A stretch of DNA of 64,000 bases from a bacterium (GTDB lineage Bacteria > Sysuimicrobiota > Sysuimicrobiia > Sysuimicrobiales > Segetimicrobiaceae), in assembly GCA_035307565.1 (NCBI GenBank), contig DATGHZ010000040.1, positions 14,201 through 78,200 of the forward strand, read 5' to 3'. Positions 30,392 to 41,220 of the stretch are shown here, one piece after another; the first letter of the stretch is position 1, and every line of letters begins with the position of its first letter. A program made the position numbers and the translations under genes. The notes beneath the pieces were generated by a model. That model saw only the letters and a list, made by a program, of their open reading frames with translations. It was not told the DNA's origin and made no database searches.

Positions 30392-31290
30392 GCGCCGCGC
30401 CGCCCCTCCCGCACGGCCCGTCCGCCGAATCGGGCGTGGGCGACCTCGACGACCTCGCGGATGTCGAGTCCGGAGGGCTCCAGGACACGGCCGGCGCCGT
30501 TCCCGCCGCCCCGGACCTCCGCCGCGGCGCGCTTCTTCAGATGCACGAAGTACTCGATGTTGCCGGCCGGTCCAGCGACGGGCGACGCGGTGACGCCCGC
30601 GGGCTCGAGTCCTTCGCGCACCGAGGCCGCGAGCGCGTCCTCGAGGACCGCGATGTGCACCGCCGGATCCCGCACGACCCCACCGCGCCCCACCGCGGCG
30701 CGTCCGGCCTCGAACTGCGGCTTGACGAGCGCGACGACGTCTCCGCCGGCGCGCACGAGCCCCGCGATCGCGCGCCAGACGAGGCGCAGGCTGATGAACG
30801 AGAGGTCCGCCGTCACAAGATCGCGCGGGCCGCCGACGGCCTCCGGCGTGAGCGTCCGCGCGTTCGTCTCTTCCATGACGACGACGCGGGGATCGTGCCG
30901 GAGGCGCCACGCGAGCTGTCCGCGGCCCACATCGACCGCGTAGACCCGCGCCGCGCCCCGCTGCAGCAGGCAGTCGGTGAACCCGCCCGTGCTTGCGCCG
31001 AGATCGACGGCCACCGCGTCCCCCACGTCCACGCCGAAGGCCGCGAGCGCGTGGACGAGTTTGATCCCGCCCCGTCCGACGTAGGGGTGCGCCGGCGCCG
31101 TCACGGCCACGCGCATGGCCGGGGTGACGCGGCGGCCCGGCTTGTCGGCGAGGGTGCCGTCGACCGTGACGCGCCCGGCCAGCACCGCGGCCTGCGCTCG
31201 CTCCCGCGTCTCCGCGAGACCGTCCCGGACAAGCCGCTCGTCGAGGCGCGCGCCGCGCTCGGGCGTTGGGCCGGACGGCCGCCGGGTCAC
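30388..31290 (-). CDS. tlyA: TlyA family rRNA 2'-O-methyltransferase
   Basis: S4 domain ([19 protein letters not shown]), then FtsJ-like [29 protein letters not shown] 31290 overlaps the stop of the truncated ispA (GTGA). Confidence 0.85.
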   Translation of the reverse strand: MTRRPSGPTPERGARLDERLVRDGLAETRERAQAAVLAGRVTVDGTLADKPGRRVTPAMRVAVTAPAHPYVGRGGIKLVHALAAFGVDVGDAVAVDLGASTGGFTDCLLQRGAARVYAVDVGRGQLAWRLRHDPRVVVMEETNARTLTPEAVGGPRDLVTADLSFISLRLVWRAIAGLVRAGGDVVALVKPQFEAGRAAVGRGGVVRDPAVHIAVLEDALAASVREGLEPAGVTASPVAGPAGNIEYFVHLKKRAAAEVRGGGNGAGRVLEPSGLDIREVVEVAHARFGGRAVREGRRGA

Positions 31291-31769
31291 CGGTCCCGCT
31301 CCAGCAGGTAGATCGCGAGGTCTTCGAGCACGCGCTCGAGCGTACACGGCGCGGCCTCGGCGCTTCGGGCGAGCAGCTCGAACGCGAGCGCGTGGAGGGC
31401 GTCGCCCGCCAGCACCGCCGTCGCTTCGCCGAACACGACGTGGCACGCCGGGCGTCCTCGCCGAAGGGGCGAATTGTCCATCGCCGGCAGGTCGTCGTGG
31501 ATCAGCGAGTACGTGTGGATGAGTTCGACGGCGCAGGCGGGCGGCAGGACGGACTCGAGCGGCGCGCCCGCGACCGCGGCGCCGGCGATGACGAGGATCG
31601 GGCGAAGCCGCTTGCCGCCGGCGAACACGCTGTAGCGCATCGCGCGGTGGACCTCGGCGGGGAGAGCGTCTTCGGGAGGGAGATACCGGTCGAGGGCGGT
31701 GTCGACGAGCCGGCCGTGCTCGGCGAGAACGCACTCGATGGCCACCGGTCGGCGGGACGTTTCCGGCAT
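31287..31769 (-). pseudogene. ispA: polyprenyl (farnesyl) diphosphate synthase, N-terminal half only (160 codons)
   Basis: Contains GGKRLRP and the first Asp-rich motif [15 protein letters not shown]. It ends shortly after [10 protein letters not shown]. The second DDxxD half is absent in every frame because tlyA starts immediately. Confidence 0.6.
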
Positions 31770-31775
31770 GCTGTG

Positions 31776-32042
31776 TTAGCGGATCACAAACTCCTTCTCC
31801 CCATCGGGGCTGTCCTGCCACTCCCGGCGGACGTCGCGCACGAAGGCCCCGGCCGGTCCGCCGGCCACGGCGTTCACGAGCGCCTCGAGCGCCGGCCGTT
31901 CGCCGTCCGCGACGACTTCGACCTGGCCGCCGGTGAGGTTGCGCACCCAGCCCCCGACGCCGAGCCGCTGCGCCGTCCGGCGGGTGAACTCACGGAATCC
32001 GACGCCCTGGACCCGGCCCGACACCACAAGATGCACGCGCAC
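31776..32042 (-). CDS. acyP: acylphosphatase
   Basis: 88 aa with VSGRVQGVGFR and GWVRN signatures. Confidence 0.85.
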   Translation of the reverse strand: MRVHLVVSGRVQGVGFREFTRRTAQRLGVGGWVRNLTGGQVEVVADGERPALEALVNAVAGGPAGAFVRDVRREWQDSPDGEKEFVIR

Positions 32043-32054
32043 GGGAGGTCGGCA

Positions 32055-32477
32055 CTACGGCGCTGCCTGGCGGACCATCCGCGAATCCTGCCGCACGATC
32101 TTGCCGAGCATGCCGTTGACGAACCGGCCGGACTCCTCGGTGCTGTACTGCTTCGCGAGTTCCACCGCCTCGTTGATGATGACACCGACGGGGGTGTCGG
32201 TGTGCTGGAGTTCGAAGATCGCCATGCGCAGGACGTTGCGGTCGACGGTCGCCATGCGCTCGAGCGTCCAGTGCTCGGCCACGCCGCGGATCAGCGCGTC
32301 GATCTCGCCCACGTGGTCCCGCGTGCCGCGCACGAGCCGCTCGATGAGGGTCCAGTCGTCGCGCGGCCATCCCTGCGCACGCACACTGTCGAGGGCATCG
32401 CCCGCGTCTATCTTGCCGAGGTCGATCTGGAAGAGCACCCCGAGAGCGGCTTCGCGGGCCTGACGGCGCGAAGTCAT
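32055..32477 (-). CDS. nusB: transcription antitermination factor NusB
   Basis: MTSRRQAREAALGVLFQID..., 140 aa all-helical NusB pattern. Confidence 0.9.
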   Translation of the reverse strand: MTSRRQAREAALGVLFQIDLGKIDAGDALDSVRAQGWPRDDWTLIERLVRGTRDHVGEIDALIRGVAEHWTLERMATVDRNVLRMAIFELQHTDTPVGVIINEAVELAKQYSTEESGRFVNGMLGKIVRQDSRMVRQAAP

Positions 32478-32480
32478 CGC

Positions 32481-32512
32481 AAAAAGAAACTGACCACCCG
32501 GGCGGTGGTCAG
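32481..32512 (-). terminator. intrinsic terminator-like hairpin plus U-tract ending 3 nt before the nusB ATG
   Basis: Minus strand: CTGACCACC-GCCCG-GGTGGTCAG (perfect 9-bp stem), then TTTCTTTTTGCG-ATG. Confidence 0.5.
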
Positions 32513-32598
32513 ATACGTACCCTGCGGGCGCCCGTCTTCACGGAGCCCGCCCGCGCGCCCCGCGGCGCGCATGACGCACATCACAGGGTCCTGCACTG

Positions 32599-33543
32599 TC
32601 ACATTATACCCGCTTCCTCTTCGCCGGGCAACTCCCGCACCGCCGCCACGTCTTGGGCGATCTGCCGGGTCAGCGCGCCCGCGTCCGGAAACGCGCGCTC
32701 CCCCCGCAGATAGCGGACGAACTCAAGGACCATCTCGTCGCCCGTGCAGTCACCCTCGAAGTCAAGCAGGAAGGTTTCCACGGTGACGCCGGCGCCCCCA
32801 AACGTCGGGCGGGTGCCGATGTTGGTTGCGCCGCGGTATCGGCGGCCACGCACCGAGGCCACGGTCGCGTAGACGCCGTGCGCCGGCACGATCTTGCGCG
32901 GCGGCGTCGCGAGATTGGCGGTCGGTACGCCGATCGTCCGGCCGCGCCCCGCGCCGGGCACGATACGCCCCGCGAGGCGGTAGCAGCGGCCGAGGAGACG
33001 GGCGGCGTCTTCGACCAGGCCCTCGCGCAGCGCCGCGCGGATGCGGCTGCTGCTGACGGGTTCACCGCCGGCCAGCACCGCGGGCACGAGATGCACGGGC
33101 ACGTCGGCGGCGCGGCCCCACGCTTCGAGGCGCCGCGCCGTGCCTTCACGCCGGAACCCGAACGTGTACGACGATCCCGCGACAATTTCGCGGGCATCGA
33201 GGCGCCCCCGCAGCACCCCGTCGAGCCATGCCGCGGCGGCGATCTTCGAGAACGCATCGTCGAACGGCAGCACGAGGCCGACGTCGATGCCGAGCGCCTC
33301 GAACTGCTCGAGGCGTTCGTCGACCGTGGAGAGGAGCACCGGCTCGTGGGCGGGGCGCAAAACTTCGAGCGGATGCGGTTCGAACGTCAGTGCCGCAGAC
33401 GGGCCGCCGCGGGCGCGCGCCCGGTCGACGGCGAGCCCGAGCACGCGCCGGTGGCCGAGGTGGATGCCGTCGAACGTGCCGAGCGCGAGCACCGGCCCGC
33501 GGACATCCGCGGGCCAGTCAGCGAGGCCGAACGCGCGGCGCAC
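32599..33543 (-). CDS. ribF: bifunctional riboflavin kinase / FMN adenylyltransferase
   Basis: GTFDGIHLGH, SSSRIR, C-terminal GxPTAN (IGVPTANL) riboflavin kinase domain. GTG 33543 chosen; it overlaps the truB 3' end by 26 nt. Confidence 0.85.
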   Translation of the reverse strand: MRRAFGLADWPADVRGPVLALGTFDGIHLGHRRVLGLAVDRARARGGPSAALTFEPHPLEVLRPAHEPVLLSTVDERLEQFEALGIDVGLVLPFDDAFSKIAAAAWLDGVLRGRLDAREIVAGSSYTFGFRREGTARRLEAWGRAADVPVHLVPAVLAGGEPVSSSRIRAALREGLVEDAARLLGRCYRLAGRIVPGAGRGRTIGVPTANLATPPRKIVPAHGVYATVASVRGRRYRGATNIGTRPTFGGAGVTVETFLLDFEGDCTGDEMVLEFVRYLRGERAFPDAGALTRQIAQDVAAVRELPGEEEAGIM

Positions 33544-34522
33544 GTCCGCCTCCCGCTCGAAGACCGCCGGCCGGCTTCGGCGCTGCCGCCCCGGCGAGGA
33601 CCTTGAAGGGCCGGAGCTGCCCCTGTTCCACCCGCGCGAGCGCCACGAGCGTTCCACGGCGGCTGCGAAGCCGCACCGGCATGTCGTCGGCCGGCGGGGT
33701 GTGCCCCGCTTTCCAGACCGGCACCGGATGGCCGTGCAGCACGTCGCTGACAGACTGATCGGACAGGTCGACCGCGGGCAGATGTCCCACGGCGTCATCC
33801 ATCGAGACGAGCGCGCCGGCGAGCGCGCCCTCCGCCGCGAGGGCCTGCAGCTCTTCGAACGTGCGCGCCTCCTCGACCGCGAAGGCGCCGGTGCGGGTCC
33901 GCACCATGAAATGCGCGTAGCCGCCGGAGCCCAGCGCATCGCCGATATCGGCGCACAGTTTGCGGATGTAGGTTCCCTTGCCGCACACGACATGGAGCAG
34001 CACGCGCGTCCACTCGCGGTCGTGCGTCACGATGTCGATGCGATGAACGACCACGGGGCGGGGTTGGAGATCGACCACTTCGCCGCGCCGCGCGAGTTCG
34101 TAAAGCCGGGCGCCTTCGTGGTGGATCGCCGAGACCATCGGCGGGACCTGAAGGATGCGGCCGGTGAACCGGCGGAGGACGGCTTCCAACTGCGCGCGTC
34201 CCCCGGCGGATGCGCCACCGCCCGCGGCCGCCCGGCCCGGCGCAGCGTCGGGAGTGCGCGGCGGCAGGATCTCGCCGTAGGCATCGCCCGTACTGGTCCG
34301 GGTACCCAGACGCAGTTCGACGCGGTACTCCTTGTCGACGTCCATCAGGAATTCGCTCAGCCTCGTGGCGCGTCCGAGACACACGACGAGGACGCCCGAC
34401 GCCCCGGGGTCGAGCGTGCCGGTGTGGCCGACACGGCGCAGCCCGCCGAGCCGCCGCACGGCGTCGACCACGTCGTGCGAGGTCATGCCCGGGGGTTTGA
34501 GTACGCTGAGAACGCCGTCCAT
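33518..34522 (-). CDS. truB: tRNA pseudouridine55 synthase
   Basis: KPPGMTSHDVV, GHTGTLDPGASGVL catalytic Asp motif. Confidence 0.9.
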   Translation of the reverse strand: MDGVLSVLKPPGMTSHDVVDAVRRLGGLRRVGHTGTLDPGASGVLVVCLGRATRLSEFLMDVDKEYRVELRLGTRTSTGDAYGEILPPRTPDAAPGRAAAGGGASAGGRAQLEAVLRRFTGRILQVPPMVSAIHHEGARLYELARRGEVVDLQPRPVVVHRIDIVTHDREWTRVLLHVVCGKGTYIRKLCADIGDALGSGGYAHFMVRTRTGAFAVEEARTFEELQALAAEGALAGALVSMDDAVGHLPAVDLSDQSVSDVLHGHPVPVWKAGHTPPADDMPVRLRSRRGTLVALARVEQGQLRPFKVLAGAAAPKPAGGLRAGGGRAPRVRPR

Positions 34523-34541
34523 GCTCGAATGGTCGGCGCGG

Positions 34542-35510
34542 CTACGAAACCGCGCCGGCCGCCATTTCCCGCTGCACCGCGTCGAGGGTGCGTCGCATGA
34601 CGTCGGGCAGCGGGCCGGTCGCGGTGAAGCCCGCCGCCGCGGCGTGCCCCCCTCCGCCGAACGCTTCCGCGATCACGTTCGCCCGCACGCCGGCGCGCGC
34701 GCGCAGACTGACGCGGATCCCGTCGGGTTCTTCCTTGAACAGGAGAGCGACCCGCACCCCCGCGATCGAGCGCAGCGTGCCGACGATGCCTTCCGACTCC
34801 TCCATCGGCGCGCCCGACGCGCGCAGCATCTCTTGCGTGACGGCCGTCCACGCGACGGTGCCGTCCGGGGTGAGCTGCAGCCGGTCGAGCGCCATACCGA
34901 GGAGCCGCATCGCCGCGGCGGGCCGGTTCTCGTAGACGCGCGTGAACACGTCCGCCGGGCTCGCCCCGGCCTGGACGAGATCCGCGGCGATCCGGAGCGT
35001 GCGCGGGGTGACGCTAGCGTAGCGGAAGCTGCCCGTATCGGTAAGCAGGGCCGCCATGAGACAGGTCGCGGTGGGGGCGTCAATCGGTCCGAGCGCCTGG
35101 ACGATGGGGGTCACCAGTTCGCCGACGGCCGCCGCGGCCGGATCGTACAGGATGAGATCGCCGTAGCCGCCGTTGCTGACGTGATGGTCGATGTTGATCC
35201 ACAGCGGCGCCCCGACCGCCCGGCCGGCGAGCGCGCCGGCCCGATCGGGCGTGCTGCATTCCATGAAGACCGCGGCCCCGAACGGCGTGTCCGCGGCGAT
35301 CTCACTAACGACCTGCTCCGCGCCCGGCAGGAACCGGTACATGTCCGGGACGCCGTCGCTGCTGGCCACGACCGCGTGCTGCCCCCGCGCGCGCAGCGCG
35401 CGGGCAAGGGCGAGGGTGGATCCGAGACAATCGCCGTCCGGCGACACGTGATTCAGAAGCAGCACCCGCCGACCGAGGAGTGTCTCGGCGATGCGCTCCG
35501 CCGGCGTCAT
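34542..35510 (-). CDS. nrnA: DHH/DHHA1 phosphoesterase (oligoribonuclease/pAp phosphatase NrnA-like)
   Basis: SPDGDCLGS, NIDHH, C-terminal GGGHAAAAG motifs. Confidence 0.85.
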   Translation of the reverse strand: MTPAERIAETLLGRRVLLLNHVSPDGDCLGSTLALARALRARGQHAVVASSDGVPDMYRFLPGAEQVVSEIAADTPFGAAVFMECSTPDRAGALAGRAVGAPLWINIDHHVSNGGYGDLILYDPAAAAVGELVTPIVQALGPIDAPTATCLMAALLTDTGSFRYASVTPRTLRIAADLVQAGASPADVFTRVYENRPAAAMRLLGMALDRLQLTPDGTVAWTAVTQEMLRASGAPMEESEGIVGTLRSIAGVRVALLFKEEPDGIRVSLRARAGVRANVIAEAFGGGGHAAAAGFTATGPLPDVMRRTLDAVQREMAAGAVS

Positions 35511-35872
35511 TCGGGTTCCCGGTCCTGCCGCTCCCCGGCGACCTGGCGCAACAGGCGGTTGACCCGGTCGCCGTATTCGATGGATTCGTCGAGGCGAAAA
35601 CTCACCGCCGGGATGTGGCGGAGCCGGATCCGGCGTGCGAGTTCCGTGCGGACGAAGCCCGCGGCGCTCGTGAGCGCCGCCATCGTGGTCGCCTTCGCCT
35701 CGGCGTCACCGTAGATACTGACAAAGATGCGCGCGTGGCCGAGATCCGGACTCAGCTCGACATCCGTCACGGAGACGAAGCCGATGCGCGGATCCTTCAT
35801 CTCGCGCCTGAGGATGAGGCTCGTCTCCTCCTTGAAGAGTTCGCGAAGCCGGGCGATGCGCGGACTCGTCAC
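35507..35872 (-). CDS. rbfA: ribosome-binding factor A
   Basis: 121 aa, KDPRIGFVSVTDVELSPDL pattern. ATGA overlap with nrnA. Confidence 0.9.
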   Translation of the reverse strand: MTSPRIARLRELFKEETSLILRREMKDPRIGFVSVTDVELSPDLGHARIFVSIYGDAEAKATTMAALTSAAGFVRTELARRIRLRHIPAVSFRLDESIEYGDRVNRLLRQVAGERQDREPE

Positions 35873-35894
35873 GGGTGTTCCCTTCCGAGCCGGA

Positions 35895-36176
35895 TCACCG
35901 CATCTCGGTGCTGTAGTCGAGCATCACGAGTTCCCCGTGACGCTCGAACTCGCGGGCGACACGCGCCAGCACGGCGTCGGCGTGACGGACCTCCGTGCTG
36001 ACACAGGCGACCGCGAAGCCCGCGCGCCGCCACGAATCCTGATGCGCGACCTCGGCCGCCGCCACATTGAAGCGGTGGTGCACGCGGTCCAGCATCCCTT
36101 TCACGATCCGGCGTTTGTCCTTGATGCTCTGCGTGCCCGGAAGGCCGCACTCGACGCGCAGCACACCAACCACCAT
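35895..36176 (-). CDS. DUF503 (YlxP-like) protein
   Basis: MVVGVLRVECGLPGTQSIKDKRRIV pattern, in the conserved position between infB and rbfA. Confidence 0.8.
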   Translation of the reverse strand: MVVGVLRVECGLPGTQSIKDKRRIVKGMLDRVHHRFNVAAAEVAHQDSWRRAGFAVACVSTEVRHADAVLARVAREFERHGELVMLDYSTEMR

Positions 36177-36206
36177 CGCGAAGCGTCGGCGGCCCGCGGC
36201 GTCAGG

Positions 36207-38744
36207 CTAAGCCGGCATCGTCTCCACGGCGAAGACCTCGAGAACGTCGCCCTCCTTGACGTCGCCGAACCGCTCGAGCCCGATGCCACACTCGAAGCCT
36301 TCCGCCACCTCACGCACGTCCTCTTTGAACCGCCGCAGCGAGCCGACGATGCCCTCGTGCACGACGACGCCGTCGCGGATCACCCGCACGCGCGCGCCGC
36401 GCGTGACGCGGCCGGACGTCACGTAGCAGCCGGCGATCGTGCCGACGCGGCTGATCGAGTACACCCGCCGCACCTCGACGCGCCCGAGGACGACCTCCCG
36501 GGTCTTCGGCGCCAGCAGGCCCGTCGTCAGCTTCTTGACGTCGTCGAGGACCTCGTAGATGACGCGGTACAGCCGGATGTCGACGTGCTCCTGCTCCGCG
36601 AGCCTGCGCGTCTGCGGTTCGGGCCGCACGTTGAAGCCGACGATCAGCGCCTGGCTGGCCGCCGCCAGCATCACGTCCGACTCGCTGACGTTGCCGACCG
36701 CGGCGTGAAGAATCGTGATGAGGACCTCCGGCGTCGTGAGCCGCTCGATCGCCGGCACCAGGGCCTCGACAGAGCCCTGGACGTCGCCCTTCACGATCAC
36801 CCGGAGCTCCTTGCGTTCCGTCACGGTCCCGGTCTCGCGCGAGATCTCTTCCACGCTGAGCTGCCGCGAGCGCACCTGCTCGACCGCGCGGCGCCGCTCC
36901 AGGCGCTCCTCCGCCACCGCCTTCGCGATGCGCTCGTTGGAGACGGCCTCCAGCAGGTCGCCGGCCTGCGGCACATCGCTCAGGCCGATTACCTCGACGG
37001 GGGTGCTCGGCGGTGCCGAGTCGACGCGCGCGCCGGCGTCGCTGTGCATCGCCCGGAGGCGCCCGTAGGTCTCCCCCACCACCACCGCGTCGCCGACGCG
37101 CAGCGTCCCGTCTTGAATCAACACCGTGGCGACGGGCCCGCGGCCCTTGTCGAGCCGGGCTTCGACCACGGTTCCGCGCGCCGGCTTGTCCGGCGTCGCG
37201 CGGAGGTCGCGCAGTTCGGCGACCAGCAGAATCATTTCCAGCAACGTATCGAGTCCGGTGTGCTGGCGGGCGGAGACCGGCACCGTGATGGTGTCGCCGC
37301 CCCAGTCCTCCGGCACCAGGCCGAGGTCGGACAGCTGCTGCTTCACGCGGTCCGGGTTGGCCTGCGGCACGTCTATCTTGTTGATCGCCACGACCACCGG
37401 CACGCGGGCGGCCTTGGCGTGGTTGATCGCCTCGACCGTCTGCGGCATCACGCCGTCGTCGGCCGCCACCACCAGCACCGCGAGGTCGGTCACCTGCGCG
37501 CCCCGTGCGCGCAGCATCGTGAACGCCTCGTGGCCGGGGGTATCGATGAAGACGATCTTCTTACCGTTGGCCTCGGCGGTGTACGCGCCGATGTGCTGCG
37601 TGATGCCGCCGAACTCCCGCGCGGCGACGGACGTCTTCCGGATCGCGTCGAGGAGGCTCGTCTTGCCGTGATCGACGTGCCCCATCACCGTCACGATCGG
37701 CGGCCGCGTGGTCGTGCCCTTCTCCTGCGGCGTCGCGGCGGGCACCTCGAGCGTCGGCGCGACCTCCTGGACCTGCTCCACCTCACGTGCCTTGGGCGCG
37801 TAGTTGAACGCGGCCATGACCTTGGTCGCAACTTCGAGCGGGATCATGTGGTTGACCCCGGCGAGCACGCCGCCCTCGACGAGCCGCTTCACGACCTCGC
37901 CGGGCCCCACACCCATGCGGGCCGCGAGATCGCCGACCTGGATCGGACCGCCCAGTTCGAGATACCGCACCGGCTGTGGGGCGACCGGCTCAGGCGCCGG
38001 CGATTGGGGCTGCGGCACTTCCTTGACCCGCGCGGCGGGCTCCGCCGGTCTCGGCGGTTCCGGTCGTGCCGGCTCCGGCGCGGGCGGGAAGGGCTCGAGC
38101 GCGGGACGCGGCGCCGCCGTACCGGGTTCGTACCGCGGCGCCTTCCGCAGGTCGCCAAACCGAATCGTCGGTTTGTCCTTTGGCGGCGCGGACGGGGCCG
38201 CGGCTTGGGCGGCCACGGGGGCCTGCGCGGCAGGACGCTCGCGCGAGGGCGCCGCCGGGCGCTTCGCTTCGGTCTTGCCCTCCGGGCGCTTTACCGCGGT
38301 TCCGCCGGCCGCGGCGGCAGGCCGGGCCGCCGGACCACGCCCGGCCGGTTCCGCGGGTTTGCCGGCCGCGGGCCGCGTGGTGACGCTCGCCGCGGCGGGC
38401 TGCGCGGGTTCGGGCGCGGTGTGCGGAGCCGCCGGCTCGGGCCGCGGCGCGCGGAACACCCGCACGCCCTTCACGTCCGAGCCGTACTTCTCTCTCAAGA
38501 AGTCGCTTTGGCGGACCTTATCGTCGGCAACGACGCGGGCTGGACCGCGGGCGGGCTCGGGAGCCGGCGCCGTTCCCGCCGCCGCCGCGGAGGCCGCGAC
38601 GGCACGGCGGACCCGCGCCTCCGTGTCCGGGTCGAGCACGGACATGTGATTGCGGACCGAGACCTTGAGAGTCTCCAGCCGATCGATGAGTTCCTTGCTG
38701 GTCAGGCCCAGTTCCCTGGCCAGCTCGTGTACCTTCACCAGCAC
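36207..38744 (-). CDS. infB: translation initiation factor IF-2
   Basis: Pro/Ala-rich N-terminal region, G domain ([24 protein letters not shown]). GGAGGGG ribosome-binding site and GTG start. Confidence 0.95.
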   Translation of the reverse strand: MLVKVHELARELGLTSKELIDRLETLKVSVRNHMSVLDPDTEARVRRAVAASAAAAGTAPAPEPARGPARVVADDKVRQSDFLREKYGSDVKGVRVFRAPRPEPAAPHTAPEPAQPAAASVTTRPAAGKPAEPAGRGPAARPAAAAGGTAVKRPEGKTEAKRPAAPSRERPAAQAPVAAQAAAPSAPPKDKPTIRFGDLRKAPRYEPGTAAPRPALEPFPPAPEPARPEPPRPAEPAARVKEVPQPQSPAPEPVAPQPVRYLELGGPIQVGDLAARMGVGPGEVVKRLVEGGVLAGVNHMIPLEVATKVMAAFNYAPKAREVEQVQEVAPTLEVPAATPQEKGTTTRPPIVTVMGHVDHGKTSLLDAIRKTSVAAREFGGITQHIGAYTAEANGKKIVFIDTPGHEAFTMLRARGAQVTDLAVLVVAADDGVMPQTVEAINHAKAARVPVVVAINKIDVPQANPDRVKQQLSDLGLVPEDWGGDTITVPVSARQHTGLDTLLEMILLVAELRDLRATPDKPARGTVVEARLDKGRGPVATVLIQDGTLRVGDAVVVGETYGRLRAMHSDAGARVDSAPPSTPVEVIGLSDVPQAGDLLEAVSNERIAKAVAEERLERRRAVEQVRSRQLSVEEISRETGTVTERKELRVIVKGDVQGSVEALVPAIERLTTPEVLITILHAAVGNVSESDVMLAAASQALIVGFNVRPEPQTRRLAEQEHVDIRLYRVIYEVLDDVKKLTTGLLAPKTREVVLGRVEVRRVYSISRVGTIAGCYVTSGRVTRGARVRVIRDGVVVHEGIVGSLRRFKEDVREVAEGFECGIGLERFGDVKEGDVLEVFAVETMPA

Positions 38745-39103
38745 CCCTCCGTTTCACGAACACGAGCCTCAGTACCGTCCGGCTGCCGCTGCTCCTTGAG
38801 CGACACGCGACGAATGACCGGGGCGCGCGGCGGCACCTGCCGCACGATCGCTTCGCGAAGCCGCTCGGCGAGGTCCTCCGCGACGGGCCGCTCCAACGCG
38901 CCCGACAACCGTCCGCTGCGGACGGCGCGGTCGATACACGCGGGGTCGGGACACACGTACGCTCCGCGTCCGGACACCTTGCCGGTCGCATCGAACCGCA
39001 CGTCGCCGCCGGGCGTGCGCACCACCCGCACCAACTCGCGCTTCGGGCGAACCTGTCCGCACGCTACGCACTGCCGCTGCGGGACTTTGCGTACCTTCGG
39101 CAC
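38735..39103 (-). CDS. ylxR: YlxR/DUF448 RNA-binding protein
   Basis: [19 protein letters not shown]...GRGAYVC pattern, between nusA and infB. Confidence 0.8.
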   Translation of the reverse strand: MPKVRKVPQRQCVACGQVRPKRELVRVVRTPGGDVRFDATGKVSGRGAYVCPDPACIDRAVRSGRLSGALERPVAEDLAERLREAIVRQVPPRAPVIRRVSLKEQRQPDGTEARVRETEGCW

Positions 39104-39121
39104 CGCCGGTGTCCTCCTGCT

Positions 39122-40444
39122 TCAGCGCCCGCCGGCCCGCTCGCCGACGTGGTGTGCCGCCTCGCGGGACGCGGGATCGCCGTCCGCCGGACGTCCTTCC
39201 GTCTCCCCCTGGCGCCGGGCTTCGGCCGGCGGGCCTTCGGCCTGATGGGAACCTTCGGCGCCGACCGGCGCGGGCTCGGACCTGGCGGCGTCGGGCTCGG
39301 CGGCGGCCGCCGGCGCCGTCCGCACCTCGCGGGGACCTTCGGCCGGACGCGCCGGCGCAGGCTCCTCCGCCGGGAGATCCGCGAAGATCTTGCGCGCCTC
39401 GGCCTCTTTGATCTGCGACTCGCTCTTGATGTCGATGCGCCAGCCCGTCAACTTCGCCGCAAGGCGCGCGTTTTGCCCTTCCTTCCCAATGGCCAGCGAC
39501 AGTTGATTGTCGGGGACGATCACAAGCGCGGTCTTGGTCTCCTCGTTGATCTCTACGCGGATGACCTTCGCCGGGCTGAGCGCGCTCGCGACGAACGTCG
39601 CCTGATCCGCGGACCACGGCACGATGTCGATCTTCTCGCCGCGCAGTTCGTCCACGATCGACTGGACGCGCGTGCCCTTCGGCCCGACGCAGGCGCCGAC
39701 CGCATCCACGTTGCGGTCGCGGGAGATGACGCCGACCTTGCTGCGGGCGCCGGCCTCACGCGCGATCGCTTTGATCTCCACGATGCCTTCGTAGATCTCC
39801 GGCACTTCGAGTTCGAACAACCGCTTCAACAGCCCCGGATGCGTCCGGCTGACCACGATCTGCGGCCCGCGATTGCCCTGCTTGACCTCGACGACGTAGG
39901 CCTTCACGCGGTCGTTCTGCCGGTAGCCCTCGCGCGGGACCTGCTCCGTCGGCGGCAGGACCGCCTCGATCCGCCCGAGGTCCATGTAGACGTTCCGCCG
40001 CTCCACGCGCTGCACGGTCCCGGTCACGATGTCGCCTTCCCGGTCGCGGAACTCGCGGTAGACCATGTCGCGCTCCGCCTCGCGGATGCGCTGGACGATC
40101 ACCTGCTTGGCCGTCTGGGCGGCGATGCGGCCGAAGTCCTTCGGAGTCACCTCGACCTCGACGATGTCGCCGACCTGGCTGTCCGGATCCCACTGGCGCG
40201 CCTCGGCCAGCGGGACCTCCGTGTTCGGGTCGCCCACCTGCTCGACGATGGTCCGGACGCTGTAGACGTGCTGCTCGCCCGTCTCCCGGTCCAACTCCAC
40301 GCGGATGTTTTGCGCCGCCTGTCCAAAATTTTTCTTGTACGCCGACAACAGCGCGGCCTCGATGGCCTCGACCAGCACGTCTGTGCTGAGGCCCTTCTCC
40401 TCTTCGAGTTGCCGCACCGCTCGAATCAGCTCCTGATTGTTCAC
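39122..40444 (-). CDS. nusA: transcription termination/antitermination factor NusA, with about 90 aa low-complexity C-terminal tail
   Basis: N-terminal domain, S1 and two KH domains ([23 protein letters not shown]). Confidence 0.95.
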   Translation of the reverse strand: MNNQELIRAVRQLEEEKGLSTDVLVEAIEAALLSAYKKNFGQAAQNIRVELDRETGEQHVYSVRTIVEQVGDPNTEVPLAEARQWDPDSQVGDIVEVEVTPKDFGRIAAQTAKQVIVQRIREAERDMVYREFRDREGDIVTGTVQRVERRNVYMDLGRIEAVLPPTEQVPREGYRQNDRVKAYVVEVKQGNRGPQIVVSRTHPGLLKRLFELEVPEIYEGIVEIKAIAREAGARSKVGVISRDRNVDAVGACVGPKGTRVQSIVDELRGEKIDIVPWSADQATFVASALSPAKVIRVEINEETKTALVIVPDNQLSLAIGKEGQNARLAAKLTGWRIDIKSESQIKEAEARKIFADLPAEEPAPARPAEGPREVRTAPAAAAEPDAARSEPAPVGAEGSHQAEGPPAEARRQGETEGRPADGDPASREAAHHVGERAGGR

Positions 40445-40501
40445 CGGACACCTCCAGCGCCACCGGCGGGACCGCGCGCGCGGCCTCCCGCCTGGCTCCG
40501 G

Positions 40502-40999
40502 CTATGAGCGCCGCAGATCTTGGCGCAGTACCTCCTCTTCCACAACGAGGCGCGCCTGCGCGATATTGTCCATGTCGAAGCGCACCTCGCGTCCGTCCTC
40601 CAATTGCACCGCCGGCCGCCCGTCCACCAGTCCGAGCAGCCGGCCCCGAAATCGCCGCTGCCCGTCCACCGGCGCGTGGAGCGTCACCGCGACGCTCCGG
40701 CCGGCGAACCGGACGAACTCCGCCGTCTTTCGCAGCGCCCGATCGAGGCCGGGACTGGCTACCTCGAGCGTGTAGCGCTCGATCGGCAGATCGTACAAAT
40801 CAAGCTCGCGGCCGAGCGCCTCGCTGAGGCGTGCGCAGTCTTCAATCCCCGCGCCGCCGTCCCGCTCGACGAGGATGCGCAGCACGGGATGCCGCGGATC
40901 CCCGGCCAGTTCCACGTCCACAATCTCCAAGCCCATGCGGGCCCCGATCGGCACCGCGACCGCCTCGACTTGGCCCGCGATCTCTTGCCGCCTGTTCAC
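40502..40999 (-). CDS. rimP: ribosome maturation factor RimP
   Basis: LEIVDVEL..., [14 protein letters not shown] pattern. GAAGGGGAA ribosome-binding site then GTG 40999. The track start at 41053 is possible. Confidence 0.85.
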   Translation of the reverse strand: MNRRQEIAGQVEAVAVPIGARMGLEIVDVELAGDPRHPVLRILVERDGGAGIEDCARLSEALGRELDLYDLPIERYTLEVASPGLDRALRKTAEFVRFAGRSVAVTLHAPVDGQRRFRGRLLGLVDGRPAVQLEDGREVRFDMDNIAQARLVVEEEVLRQDLRRS

Positions 41000-41190
41000 G
41001 GCCCGTTCCCCTTCGGCGCCCCGAAGAAACGAAAGAGTGGGTGTACTACCCACTCCCCGCAGACGCGCCGACTTGATCCCCGTTACTACCGCACGCCCGT
41101 TCGCCCCTGCTCCGCATCGAGCTATGGTGTCGCCGCGTCGTGGCGGCGGAGCCGGCCCCGGGCCGCACGTACCGCTAAACTGCTTGGAAG

Positions 41191-41220
41191 ATTATACCAT
41201 AGACCTACCGGAGCCAACAA
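41191..41220 (-). promoter_or_regulatory. putative strong sigma-70 promoter of the rimP-nusA-infB operon
   Basis: Minus strand: TTGTTG-N18-(TGg)TATAAT, a perfect extended -10 inside a short AT-rich patch about 190 nt upstream of rimP. Confidence 0.45.

Noticed and set aside
35727-39245. 1172-aa plus-strand ORF, the longest in the track
   Set aside because: It is entirely antisense to rbfA, DUF503, infB, ylxR and nusA, all of which have clear motifs. Its translation is Arg/Gly/Asp/His-rich with no recognisable domain. It is a typical high-GC antisense open frame.
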